Shown here piece after piece: positions 1-13,221 of a DNA stretch of 64,000 bases (position 1 is the stretch's first letter; each line of letters starts with the position of its first letter). The notes under the pieces were generated by a model. It ran no database searches. It had not been told where the DNA came from and worked only from the letters and a program-made list of their open reading frames with translations. The stretch spans positions 744,001 through 808,000 of the forward strand of contig NW_020844944.1 of NCBI RefSeq assembly GCF_003704095.1, read 5' to 3'. Source of the DNA: Pocillopora damicornis. Its lineage: Eukaryota. Made by a program: the position numbers and the translations under genes.

Positions 1-2
1 CA

Positions 3-338
3 AAGCAAAAAGTTGTGAAATTACTTCTGATCCAAGTTATCGGGTTTTTCTTATCTTACGTTCCATTCGTGGTGGTCGAATTTGTGATACCACAGAAACG
101 TCCCATTTTACACTACATTTGTACCTATCTTCTGTACTGTAGCTCGGCTATAAACCCGATAATTTACGCGCTTCGCTGCTCTAACTATCGCAAAGCATAC
201 AAAGAAGTCGCACTGGAGTTTAAGGAGCGAATGAAATGTTGTTCTTGTAAAGTGAGACCAGTGCAACAGAGCTTCTCTTCAAGTGGAAAAGAGTCGACAC
301 GCACTCCAAATTATTACACTTCAGATCAAGTAATCTGA
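3..338 (+). CDS. Class A (rhodopsin-like) GPCR, 3' part only (TM6-TM7, helix 8, C-tail); 5' end lies outside the window
   Basis: Open frame from the window edge: TM6-like FFLSYVPF, TM7 YCSSAINPIIY (NPxxY motif), helix-8-like YRKAYKEV, then a CCSC putative palmitoylation site. Confidence 0.85.
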   Translation, partial: KQKVVKLLLIQVIGFFLSYVPFVVVEFVIPQKRPILHYICTYLLYCSSAINPIIYALRCSNYRKAYKEVALEFKERMKCCSCKVRPVQQSFSSSGKESTRTPNYYTSDQVI

Positions 339-1202
339 TTTCTACCCCGCAAGATCAATGGTCACGTTAGGTAATGGACATGGTATTTAAATCATTTAAT
401 TGAAAAGATACCTTGTTTAATCAGGAAACGGCTAATAAGAGCTGTGAACAATTGTTTGGTGTATTACTGAAAAGGCAGACACCGTGATGAAAGAAACGTC
501 AAGTTTTTATTAGGTTTTTACTGAGGTGTAACGATAAAAGAAATTGGAAAACCAGTGCATACTATTGAAATTTTGAAAATTCAGTGTCTACTTGATCGAA
601 TAAATCGAAGTTGCTCGGTCCGTCATCTGTTTTGTAGGTTTACATATCTTCAAATAGACTCTACAGTGGTGGAAAATATGTTAGACAAACATCACTTTTT
701 ATAAATTGAAAATGGAGAAAAATTTTGACTTTGCTATCAGCTGAAACATTTTAACGTCATTTAATTGAACTTGTCAACTGATTTCAACTTGTCAACTTTT
801 TCGCAGATAACGAAACGTTTCATTTTCTTCTCTCGGAAAGGAAACCGCCTGCCACACATCCTCCTCCACGGCGGTCTTCTTTCCGGTATTTGTGAGCAAG
901 AAAACGATAGTTGTTTGCATAAAATTATTATTATTTTTGCCTAATGAGTAGAAAATCATCGTATTAGACTGGTAATCTGCCCTTTTCTCGATGGGATCAT
1001 TTCCCTAACTTCGGCCTATCATCGGATAATTTACAATGGTAAATCGCACAACAAGCTTGAATACAATAAATATGAGGCAGCCCGATAAGAATTAAACAGT
1101 GCATTGTTACGTCTTATGTTACGGAGTCAAGATAAGTAAAACGCTATCGAGTTAATTTATTTTCCCACTTGTAAAAAATTATAAAGAAATGTGAAAAGGA
1201 AC

Positions 1203-4200
1203 TCAGATAGAGAGGGTTTCCATATGTCCCCAGGTCTTTCCAATGCTGAGAGTCACAGGAAGGGGTACCTATGTAAAATAGATGTTGTAGGTTAAATGTT
1301 TTATCACTAAATTAAAAGTTTTGAATAAGCTAACTTTTCTGTCATTTTAAGGCAGAATGGTAAAAATTGTGGCAACGCAACACGCGTTTAACATGTGGGG
1401 TAAGGGTTCAAGTACCAGCGGTTTTAGTACCGCGCTAAAGCTGCAGATACTTGAGCCCTTACCAAACTTTACACAAGAAAAAGTTTATTCTTTTTTAAAT
1501 CAGCTTAATTGTCTATACCAGCCCATTACCTTCAGCTTGACTTTGCTACCAAGCAGCTCTTCTGTAGACTCCATAATCGATTTGATGTATGCTGTATCCA
1601 TCAAAGAAGAATTCAAAATTATTCTAGCGTTACTACTGATTACATCATCGCTCATCATGAATTTTTCTACAAGAGCCTGCCGAAAAAAGAAGATTGTTGA
1701 TTTCCAAGTCTTACCTGCCACTCTTTTGATTTCGTCCCCAGGAACTTCTAGAAGGAGTTCATCATGTATTTGTAGGAGCAATCTACACAAAACGGACACG
1801 AACCAAACTTTTGAGATATCAAAATTACTTACATAAGTCATTCGAACAAGGTAGAAGTAAAAGAAGGGAAGCTTGACAAGGCAAGAACATGGACAAAAAA
1901 CAAACTGACAGAGACGAAATAAAACAGATAAAACAATAAAAATTCGTCAGGATTAAATAAACGTAAGTGGTAGTAGATTTTTGCGTAAAAAAAGGCTAAT
2001 CATAATTAAATTTAGCTGTTGCAGAATGCAATTAAATGGAGCATGCAACATTACGTATACCTTGCGTTCACATAAGGATCCTTGCATACAGCTATCATTA
2101 CTTGTATCATTGCTGCTTTACAAATGTCCGCTGCTGAACCTTCAATCAGTTTACAAAAGACATTTTAATAAACCTATCAAAAAATTAACTATTTGTGACG
2201 TGCGACTGCGAGAAAAAGTGATTTCAGTTTTGTAATACCCAAGAGCCTTATGGGAAAGGGAAAACTGAAGAGAATTTTGTGGCCAATTAGGAAACGTTTT
2301 CCTTAAAAAGACAAAAAAACCAGAAAAAAAAAAGAAAAAAACGGAGAAACCTTGTACGATGAAGTTAACAGCCTGCCGCTCAGCCTGTGACCGTTGAGTA
2401 AAGTCGGAGGACTTAATATGTGGCAGCCACCGTCTTCTGTTAAGAATTGTGGACACGTAGCCTGAGAAAAGAAAGAAGTGCTACCAGTCGTGAAGGCTGG
2501 TTTTACTTTATTTCACAAGCTATTTTATTTGATTGGTCCAGAAAACTCGCGCCATCCTCTCAACCAATCAGATTGAAAACTAAAACTAATCGCAATGCAA
2601 GTTGGTCGCACGCGTTGTCTCGCGCTACACGCAGTGTTCTTGTTTTTGTTTTGATTTCTCCATAGCTTCTTGTGATATTTTCCTTTCCTCTGATCGGCTG
2701 TTCTGATAACTTTGGTCTTTGTTTTTCAACGCTCAGTGGAAACGCGCTCTAAGTATGCATACAACAAAAGAAAGAATTCCTACTAGTCCAGGTGTAAAAC
2801 ACACAGCTCAGTCGTGATGGAACCTGTCACCCGATCCAAGAAAAACATGCACATTGAAATGTTGTTTAAAAATACCTGGAGGCAGCAGGGCTGAAGAATG
2901 ATTAGATGAGTGAATAAATGAATAAATGAACGACTGAAACGCAACAAACTTCCACAACATATGGCATTCCACTACCAACCTTTTCGCTGACAACTTTCGA
3001 TACTGCTTCTAGTAAATTCTTTTATTCGAGGGAATCGCCCTGGTGTAACACAACATGGATAAAAATAATATTCTTAGGCCATGGATGGATGACAAGCACC
3101 TACTATGAGAAATGCACGAGTGAATGGACGTTGTTTCTAAGACAGGATTTTCAAGAGACCTAGAAAGCTTTCCATAAATCCCTTTGCTTCCTCGGCGCTC
3201 ACTTTGAGAGTTTGTCCAAGTTTTTCACTTCCTGTAAAACGATGAAAAAAAAAAATTTACACTTCACCGCTGTTGGTCGTTCCGTTTATTTTGCATAATC
3301 CGTTTAAAATATTTTTAGGGTTATGTTATCATTATAATACAAAACTTTTCGTACCAACACCGTAGATAACAGAGTATACAATTCGCTTAGTTCTCTCTCT
3401 CTCGTGAAGTTGGATTTCTTTACAGCTTTTCCCCAACCTAAGAACAGAAGAAGGTTCGCATTGAACTGTGATTTGAACTTTTCTTTTTTTAGAAGTTGTT
3501 GTCAGTTACTGATCTGATCAGATTTCTCATCGAGACTTTAATGAGACCAGTGCCATTAGAAAATAATGGGACTCTGGCTGGTGCATAACGTTATTGAGAT
3601 CATTTTTCTCTGGTAATAAAACCCTGATAATACCATTGTGAGGCAAGCGTCGTGAAGACGTCTGCACACTGCTTGTCATTGAATATTTGAACCAGTGAAG
3701 GATCCTCTGACAGGTGAGACAACAGGCGCAATTCAATTGATTGAAAATCTGTAAAGAATGTGAAGCAATGATTAAATCATCAGATATTTTTGCTCATTAA
3801 GTTCTCCGAGTACGCCTTAGGAATGATAAAAAATCTTATCATACCGATTGACAGTTCCAGTCTGTTTTGGAATTGTACTAACCAACAAAAGTTTGACATA
3901 AATTAAACACCTCCCCTCTTTGGAAGAGGAAGTGAATTATTTCCTCAGGCTTTAGGTGTACCTGCTGTAAGTAACAGCCAGCCTTCTCTACTTCTGTAAG
4001 CATTCCGTGCATAGATTGTCACCACCTCTTCTGGTTTACCTATAGTTAAGAATTGTGACAGAATCATCACCTCTCAATGGCTTACTTGGTGACGTCACTT
4101 ACTTAAAAGAAATAAAACACTTTTCTTAGACAGTAAAGATATCGAGCCCGATTGAAAAAGAACAACCAGTAATTAATCAATTAACCATTAACCAATTAAA

Positions 4201-7200
4201 GTTCTCCGAAGGAGACGCAAACTTCAACTTTACGTCACCAAATACTTTTCGCTCCTTACCGACGACAAGCTGTTTCTTTATTCCGGAGACTTCAATTACT
4301 TGTTTTGGGATAGACTGAAGATTCTGAAGACAAAACAAGCAAATTACACAACGCGTTCACCTAACACAAAGTATTGGATAGTTTTTGGTTCAAGAGTGAG
4401 TCATTTGGGTGATGTGACAATCAAAGATCAAGAAGGTCGTCAATTCCTAACATTTTATCATACTTTTACATCTAAATAACCGATAACATGTCCATGAATA
4501 TCAAAGATTCAGTACGAGTTATGTTCTTAGTGTTAATTGCATGGTGCTTTAAATATCATTGTTGTTTGCGGTCAAGCAATGTGTCATGCACGTGCCGTTG
4601 TTTACTGATCTTTCGATAATGCATTCAAAAGATTATTTACCAGGATTTGCTTCACCCGATGCATGTGCAAGGGGGCACTTACCGGATTGGCTGAAGTCAA
4701 TCGCCCTGTGGCCGCCGACGTCTGGTCCCTGGAAAAAATCGCAGAACTCTGGTTATTATCCCTTTTACTACAGATGTTTAAAAGATAAAATGTTTCACTT
4801 AAATCATCACAAATTCATGCTACGACTGTACTTCTCTACAAGATAATCATGCGATTGGTTGCAAGCATACGTATTTAAAAAAATGATAGAGCCAGAAACT
4901 GAGTGAGCATCAACAACAGTAGCCATAACCACAGTCAACTCTCCGCTAAGGGGCACTCTCAGAGCGGACAATTTTACTAACGGACACTTTTTTTCCTCCC
5001 AGTCAAACTCTGTATATAAAAAATCCCACAGGCGTACACTCTCTCGGAAGCGGGCGCGGACACTTTTTATGGTGAAAATGTTACGCTCTCTTGTAAGCGG
5101 ACACCCCGTACATATCATTTAATTGACTTTTGACGATAAAATACGTCTTGAATTTGAAAATCAACAAAAAGGTGACCTTTGACAGAGCAACAGAACGGTT
5201 GGATCGGTTTTTTCAAATCTTCATTTTTTTTGTAAGAAAGTAAGCTGTCGGTAAACGTTTGACCTTAAGAAGTGTCCTACATAACGATCTTTCGCAAGCG
5301 GACATCCACCCAATTTTTCTTTGGTGTCCACTTGTGAGAATAATTCTCGTAGGCAGACAGTTCAACTAACGGACACTCTTTCCATTCCCCGTGGGTGTTC
5401 GCGTATGAGAGAGTTGACTGTAGTTCGTTTGACATAGTTATGCTACAATGGAACAGACGAGGAAAGAAGGACCTCAAGGGCAAGCAGAAATTAGGTTATG
5501 AAAGGGCACAAAAGAAAGTAAAATGCCGCAAAGCTACGGAGGAAATAATCAAAAACACAACCAACGAACATCAGAGACACTAACAAACTTACCAGTTCGT
5601 AGACAGCACTCCCTACAAAACAAAGAGGAGAGATATACAAAAACAGTAACATTGCAACAATTACCAACAAAAGGAGAAAACGTGCACTGTAAAAAATACC
5701 AGACATTGTTTATTTGTAACATTTACCTCATAAATATGGGAAAGAATTCCATCAAAGTACGTCGACTTCAATTTAGTTAGCTGTTGATGAAGAGAGACAA
5801 CTGATTCAGCAGAAAACTAGTAATCGCGGCTTCATCACCTCTCTTTTCACATCTAAATGTCTTTAAATATCTAAGACTCTACGTGAGAATCCTTTATCAA
5901 GTGTATTGAACTTAGCTGCATACGGCATGCGTTTAAGGCAAACGTTAAGGAAAATGCTGTTAAACATACGTGTCTATATTGCAGGACGAGTTTTGGTAAA
6001 GGGTGGAACTCCTGTAGGTGGAGTAACTGAAAAAGGACACAGAAATAATCAAATTATTAGGTTTCAGTTGACTGATCGGCTATTCGGTTAGTTAACGGTA
6101 ACAGTAAAATATAGTTCACATGAAACACCACAGATATAATCTGACAAACTTGCAGCCGTCAAATTGTACGTGGTCGATGTGTAGTCAACTATACTACTAA
6201 CCACAGCTTCTGAGGTAGACTTGTAGTTTTTGATGGAAGTTCTTGCAAGCTTCTTTTTGCACTTTTGGTCCAAACGCAACTCCTCGAATAACACCTTCAA
6301 CAAGACCATAAAATTTATAATAAACATGTGGTAATGACCTTGATTTACGATTTTAGGGCGCCATACCTCTCTCAGCTGTTGAGGACTGTTGATCAGAAAC
6401 GGGTGTCCTGCAGCCTGCCAAAAGAACAAATAACGACAATTGTTGTTATCAGTTCAAAGGCCTCCTTTTTTTCAGTCATTCAAATCAAATAATGTGCTAA
6501 CCAGGCTCAATATCAAGCAGTTGTCAAATTCTTAGCATCGCCGCCCCAAACAGTGGAAGGGAATTTTTGAAGAAATTGTTAAGGAAAAAAAAATTGGATA
6601 TCTTTGAGCAGCACTTGTATAGCATCTGAGCACTATGCTACGTCGCTTGTTTGAGAGCTGCTGCGAGAGGCTTTCTGTTAACTCTTTCGGGCTTCTTGTT
6701 CATACCTTATGAGCTTCTGCTTCGACCTTTTGAATTTTAATCTGTAATCATAATGGTACTAGTCAGTGGAGTTGGTGCAACATGAAGCTTACGTCCTAAA
6801 AGTCTAGATCAGGACTATGATGAATCTGAAGCATATTCACCTATTAAGAATGTGAAAGGAAGCCACTGATTTTCACCTGAGCGTGAAAAAAAAAAAAAAA
6901 CAAACAAACAAACAAACAGACATACAGAATACTCTTTTTTTACTGTAATGTATAAAGTATCTCATATTTTTGAACGATCTGATTCAAAACCAATCTTCAA
7001 TTGACCACATTTCTTTTTTCCAGATGGTAGCTTTAAGCTCTCAAAAACTCTTTTTCAGTTCCCACTGGTTCATTTAGACGTCTGGCTTGCTTTTGTTCTG
7101 AAGTCAAGCCATATTTGTTGTTGTCATTAAATGCTTTGGTGTGGGTGTTAATGACACTCTAAGGCAATAATACTGAAACTATAATTTACCTTGAGAGTAT

Positions 7201-10200
7201 TGCTCGCCTCAATCAAAACCTGAGTGTTAATGTTGATTCCTTGGGTCTCCATCACTAAATAAAAAAATAAACAAATTTAGGTTTATTATTTTAATGGTCA
7301 CGAATGGTGATATTAAATGTCTTCAGGGAAAATATTCCCCAACTAGCCCTATTGAAAAGAAGAAAGGAGAGGAAACGAAACAAAAAGCTATTGGCAGTAC
7401 CTGCTAACATCGAACAAATGGGCGTCTCCAGGTTGATGAACAAATCCCAAAGTGATAGTGCCTGAGAGAACAAAATTAAAGCTGTTTTCCATATAAGAGA
7501 CATGTTGCTTCACTGACGCCTTATTCTCTCAGTAACGTCTACCTTTTTGCAAAACAGGAAATTATACCCTTTTGTCAATTATTCTCATGACATTTCCTTT
7601 CTCCTATCTTGTTCATTCGTTTACCTTAAGCATGCTATGTTGTTTAACCATAACAGGTCCAAGCATCGCAATATCGCTACAAACCATACAATCATCTTCC
7701 TTTCCACCCTGCACATGAAAGAGCAAAACTCCATTAGCTGGGCCGTTTATATGAAACTTTTGGTTTCCACTTTAAAAATATTATGGAATGAAAGAAAGGA
7801 TTCACAATTAAAACATTATAGACAAGGAATATATGTGATGCAGCTGTTTACCTTTGGCAGGCTCAGCTGAGCAGAGTTTAGAACTTCAGCGAAGCTCTGT
7901 GGAGGGTGGTCAGGATTAAGAAGCCAAGCTGCTATTTTTGGGTCAAAAAGACGCCATTTGAGGCACACTGAGAAAACAAAAGGAAAATAATTTATAAAGT
8001 TCTGTGTAGACATCACCAGTAATGTAATCTTTATTTTTCAATATCTATCATCTGGGTTATTTTGCTTGGTGGCTTGGTGTAAAAAATCTTAAATGAGCTA
8101 AAGACAAGGTAATATCACAATTCAAACAAGACTTCAAAGTTTTCTCGGGGAGCAATGGTGAAAAGCCTTGTTTAGCGCTAAAAATGTAGAGACGGGTTCA
8201 CCTGTTCTGATGTCAGCATGCGCAGTCTCTATTAAATAGCGTATAATCAATTGTGCACCGTAGCAGATTTTTCCCTTCGATGACGTCATTAAGTCATGTA
8301 CCACTGTCCTGTAAAAACACACGAAGGACCCTTTTTATTACAACTAAAACTGCGATTTAATCTTGCCTCCTCTTTGACAGTATAATTGCATTGCCAGAAG
8401 GGAGATCGAAGGAAGTTTTCGAATGGACTTGAAAAATCTATTGCGGAAGGGTTTGCGTATTGTCGTAAGTGGACTGAACTCCCGGAAAAAGGAAATATAT
8501 TTTCAAAAAAATTTAATTACTTAGTTTCACCTGCACCATATTTTCATATCGCCATCCTGTGTGCACAGAGGAATCTCCACGACCATCAATCGACTTTTAC
8601 GGCGCTGTACAGAGTGATCAACGATACCCGAGGTTGTTATCTCAGATATTGGTAAAGCGACAACCAAACCAGCAATCTTTAAGTTTCGCTAGCAAGGATA
8701 AATAATGAGTTGTATGAGTGACCTCAATTTCAAGTAGCTTTATGTGGTAGGAAAAACATTTGACTAACGGTGGAATTAAAAGTTTGTGTTCATTTTACCT
8801 TTTCGCCACACACGTCTTCTACTTGTTTCTTTGTTTTCTACAAAATTGAGTGAAGCAGTATAATTAGTCAACCAACACGTTTTCTTTGCATGATAGTGAA
8901 GTGAAGTATCGTTTTTCTGCTTAGTTATGACATTAAGCTTTAGGCTTTTTTCGCTCTTGGGGTGTGAGCATAAACTTTCGCTTGCTTTAACGCACTCTTA
9001 AGCACAATTATAATCACAACATGAAAGTTATCCAAAAACAGCACTCTATAAAACGTCTTTGGCAAGCCTTAAGAACCCAGAATTTTATGGCCAGGTTTTC
9101 ACTCTATATACCCTCAGTTCAAGGCTCGACTGGTCCAGAACGTAATCCGATTACACAAAGATCGGTCACCCACTTGATGTTTCCTTGATCTTAGCAGTGA
9201 CGACCCGTCTTCATAAATTAAGGTGCAAGCAACTTCTTCTGCTGATTCAAGGCATTGTCGGAATTCCTCTCTTTGTGTTAGATTCATCGTTGAGACTGTA
9301 ACAACACTTGTTTGATCCTCCCAGGAGGCATCTGCTGGGGAAAATGTACGTTATGCCATGCCGTTGTTGAATTGATAGTGTTGATCTAAGAGGTCTAAGA
9401 TTCAATTCAACATGATCTGAGCTCAGAAAACATTCGAAAAAATGTTAATCTAGAGTGAACCTCTTACAGTTATAAATCCTATCAGGCATATTCACTCTTT
9501 TGGAGTTTAATTTTTTTCTTTACTGTTTCAATTCACTTCCTGGCTTAGTTTACCTCTGTTTGCATTGGCTGGTTTAACTTTCACGGCCTCCTTTACTTGC
9601 AAAGTTTTCCTTTCTTTGAAGTAGTTTGTAATAGGACTTTGTTGTGCCTTCCTTTTATTTTTACGCTCATCGTTTCCGCTCTCAGAATTGACATTTTTCT
9701 CCTTTGGAGAAGAACAACCTTCGATTGGAAAAAAAATATATTTGGTACCATGCATTTTAGAAGAGCTATCAGCTTTTACAGGGGTTACTAGAAGTGTTAA
9801 CATGAGGCAGGAGACTGGGCAGATTTTTCTAGCCAAAAAAAGTTGAAAACAATTTTTTTTTGTAACTGACTAACTCCGTTAGTCTCATTGGGTCATGGTA
9901 GCTGATGAAAACATCACTTTACCTGTTTTTCCGGCAAAGGAAAGCAATTCTTCTTCCCTACAATTAAATTAACACAATTATTTTATCAAGTAAAAATGTC
10001 TTAGTCAATCTTGAAAATCATCTTTACCACACTCTTGTAGGTGAAGTTCCAATGGCAATGCCTAAATATACGTTTGTTTGTTTATCTAGAAGTACGATTC
10101 AGGTAGAGTGAGATTTCAAAGTCTAACCGCTCAAAACATAAACTTGACAAAACAACGACAACAGTCATAAAACAACAATAACAACAACAATAATAGCAAT

Positions 10201-10945
10201 AACAACAAAAGCACGACAAACAATAACAACAACCACAACGTACGTTTATAGCAATAACTATGAGAACAACTGGACAAGCTACTAGGAAAATTATTTATAG
10301 ATTTGATAATACCTTTGTAGTCCCTCATTTGTCTGTAGTCTTTGTTGTATACCACAAGATGGGGCCAAACTGAACTCCAATAAGTCATTCTGATTTGTCA
10401 AATAGTCCTCCTTGCGTTCAACAGACGGTAACTCGTGTGGTTTTTTATGGTAATATTCCGAAGCTAAAACAGAAGTCAAGTAGGAAAATTTATTTGGTAC
10501 AAAACGTAACTTACCGCGCATCTAATACTCCATTTTTGCGTGAACATCTCAAGAAATGATTTGCGATTATAGTTTGACCCTCTTGGCATGGCGTTACTCT
10601 GGATATAATTTTTAATTTCTAACTACAAGTACTAGATGGCTTACCTTGTTTTGGCGCACAAGAATGGCTAATAGCTCCTTGTCTCGCCCCATAAAATTGT
10701 CTTATTGCTCGAATGACTCTTTGTCCTGGTTCTGAGAACAAAATTGGATTTTTATAGTCCCGAGGATTTTCTTGAATTTCTTCCCAAGATATGCGTTCAG
10801 CATGCATTTGCCTCCTTGATAGGTAATTTGTCGCTTGTAACGTTGATGGGTATTCTTCATCAAAGTGTTGTTGAAACCCTTGATTTAAAAAGGAGCTATC
10901 TTGAAGAAGCGAAACTCCTCCTCGCCTTTTAACTGGCCCGTTCAT
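1203..10945 (-). CDS. POLN: DNA polymerase nu (family A), multi-exon gene (about 30 small exons)
   Basis: GT-AG exons read in frame: 10945-10645 (putative first coding exon), ~7852-7967 ([12 protein letters not shown]), ~5970-6026 ([11 protein letters not shown]), 5727-5780 (KLKSTYFDG), 5593-5612 (GVLSTNW), 4683-4728 (TGRLTSANP), ~4260-4323 (NLQSIPK), 3634-3748 motif A ([10 protein letters not shown]), 3355-3437 motif B ([14 protein letters not shown]), ~2351-2461 ([13 protein letters not shown]), ~2061-2139 ([11 protein letters not shown]), 1715-1782 motif C ([10 protein letters not shown]), 1530-1591, 1203-1268 (stop). No helicase domain and a POLN-type motif B argue against POLQ. Confidence 0.88.
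2520..2751. repeat. Short interspersed repeat (MITE-like) in a POLN intron
   Basis: GATTGGTCCAGAAAACTCGCGCCA...AACCAATCAGA...AAACGCGCTCTA resembles an abundant anthozoan repeat family (recognition only, not searched). Confidence 0.45.
4932..5422. mobile_element. Non-autonomous TIR element (Tc1/pogo-like MITE) in a POLN intron
   Basis: Terminal inverted repeats CAGTCAACTCTC / GAGAGTTGACTG with TA on the right flank; subterminal ACTAACGGACACT repeated at ~4976 and ~5365. Confidence 0.65.
10150..10240. repeat. Degenerate (CAA/TAA)n microsatellite
   Basis: Run of AAC/AAT triplets in a POLN intron. Confidence 0.8.
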
Positions 10946-11244
10946 CTCTTGAAATTAGCGAACCTTTGAGTGAGTTTTTTAACAGAAATTTGTGAGAACT
11001 TCTCCTCTCGGAATTAAATAATTCGTGTCGCTAACAACCATAGCATGCTAAAAATCTTTCAAAAACGATCTAAGCTCTTCGGTCTTGGTTTTTCCAATTA
11101 AGAAAACACTAGGAATCACTATGAATTCCTCTTTTGATACAATGTAACAAAAGTTTGACCAAAAATTACCGTGGCCTTGGAGAGCCGACAAGTTTTGCCG
11201 CGGGTGGGCAACTTTTGCCGCCAAAACTACAACGTTCGAAGAAG

Positions 11245-13000
11245 GGGAGACTGGGGACTATGATCAATATTTTTTTCAAGTAGGGGTGGGAAGGGCGTTT
11301 GAGATTCTTCGTGTGCGACTACCTGTTCCTGAGCGATATTTTTATTACTCATTGAAATTACCGGAAAGGCTATTGACGTTCCTGCACAGATAATCAAAAT
11401 CCCGACATTTAAGAGGTTCTTTCAATAGTTGCTAGGCGAAGCTTGGCGACGTTTGCCTCCGCCTGTTCGACTATCATTACTTCATTAACAGGAGCCTATC
11501 ACATAATGGGCTCCTGCGTCAATAAATGTCCGCAAAATGACATCGATCGCAAAATAATTAAAGAACGCATTCGAGTGTGATTATTTAAGGATCCAATAAG
11601 GCGTCTGTTTAAAACATCGGACTTATAAAGACTACAAGATGCGAAAAATTTTTGAATTTCCATGAAGGAAAAACATTTATACTTCTCAATTTATTTATAT
11701 TTCTTTGCGTATCACTTATTCGGAGGACGGGAGACTGGGGACTCTGATCAATTTTTTTTTTCAAGTAGGGGTGGGAGGGCGATTGAGATTCTTCCAGTGC
11801 GACAACCATGCCCCCCAGCTATATTTTTACTACTCATTGAAATGACCGGAAAGGCCATTGTAAAGGACTTCAGTCTCGACTGTTCTGCTTCATGTTACAA
11901 ATAATAGAGGCAGCATGTATGACAATATCATGTGCTTCTCGAATGATATCGTATGACTGGGGCCAGCTTCTAGCTCCGCATTGGCCTTCCGCATTCTTTG
12001 CTTCCCTTCAGGCTGTTCCTTCAACAAATTTGATTCAATATTTTCTTGTGGGTCAACTTTATTTCTTTGATTAAGATAAACGTTTGATTTGCAATAAACT
12101 CAAGGAAGAAAATTTATGTTATGTTTAACGTAATTATTCTGAAATTTTTCCACGAACGAGGGTCTGCTCGCTGTCTAAATTAATTAAAAGGGTCGTTTCC
12201 TTGCGTTTTCGGAAGCAAATACTCGTTAAAATGTCTAAGATGAGTGCAAACGTCTTGCGAATGTACCGGCTGCACGCTGATAATTTGAATATACCGGCTA
12301 AACAAACAGCAATCGATGCGGATTACTCCCACCGCCTCGACATGGTAAACTCCTCTCCTTCTGAATAGATAACTTCGCTTTAAAATTTTGATGGTAATGT
12401 CAAGAAATATAAATCATGGCTCCTTCAGGGTTACTAAAATTCAACTCAGCCCTGCAAAATTTTTGTGGCCTGAGTGTATGAATAATTGCAATTCATGTAA
12501 AAACAAACGACAATAAAAGTTTGTAAACTGAAAAAATTCAGGGACGAAAACCTTGGTCAACAGATTGACATTTACGGATTACCTTCGTCATGAGCTTGTT
12601 TGATCTGGTTTTTTTCCGTCTTGTGATGTCCGTAATGTGCGATGTTTTGATATTCCTCTAGTCCATAATAATTTACAGAACTATCTAGACGTTCCTGATT
12701 GTTAAACACAGATAATTGAAATCCCAAAATTTATTGTTGCTAGGCGAAGCTCATCGACGTTTGCCTCCGGCTGTTCGACAATTATTTCGTAAATAAATGT
12801 CCCCTGAATGACATCCAATAGCATTACATGTATTGGCTTTCAGGATAGCAAAATAATTAAAGAACACTATCATGTGATTTTCTAAGGATCCAAAAAGGTG
12901 TCTGTTAAAAATATTGGACTTACAAAGACTACACGATGCTTAAAAATATTGAATTACAATGAAAGAAAACCACATGTTTATACTCATCAATTCATGTTCC
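11245..13000. repeat. Interleaved local duplications (A-B-A'...B') in the POLN/SAXO intergenic region
   Basis: ~11245-11375 matches ~11729-11860 (GGGAGACTGGGGACT...CCGGAAAGGC); ~11375-11710 matches ~12688-13000 (GACGTTCCTG...GTTGCTAGGCGAAGC...AAGACTAC). Confidence 0.8.
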
Positions 13001-13029
13001 TTTACATATGTCACCAATTAAATTCCACT

Positions 13030-13120
13030 TAGCCAATCAGAGCTCGTTATTACAATAGCCATTGTTATTAACCAAGTTCACTTGCGCGCGTGGCAACAGA
13101 CGCGGCAATGGCAACGGCCA
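13030..13120 (+). promoter_or_regulatory. Putative SAXO promoter: CCAAT box plus RFX X-box-like half-sites
   Basis: AGCCAATCAG at 13031; TGGCAAC twice (GTGGCAAC ~13091, GCAATGGCAAC ~13105), about 110-130 bp upstream of the ATG of a ciliary gene. Confidence 0.5.
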
Positions 13121-13221
13121 TAAACAACTTGCTTGATGAAAACGAAGAGAGATGGGGTTTGTGGTTTGACCGGATTTATTTGCTGTGATTACTTGCGTTT
13201 GAAATAGAGGAGACTTTCAAG

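Noticed and set aside
1357-1836. 159-aa + strand ORF
   Set aside because: Antisense shadow of POLN exons and introns with no recognisable domain
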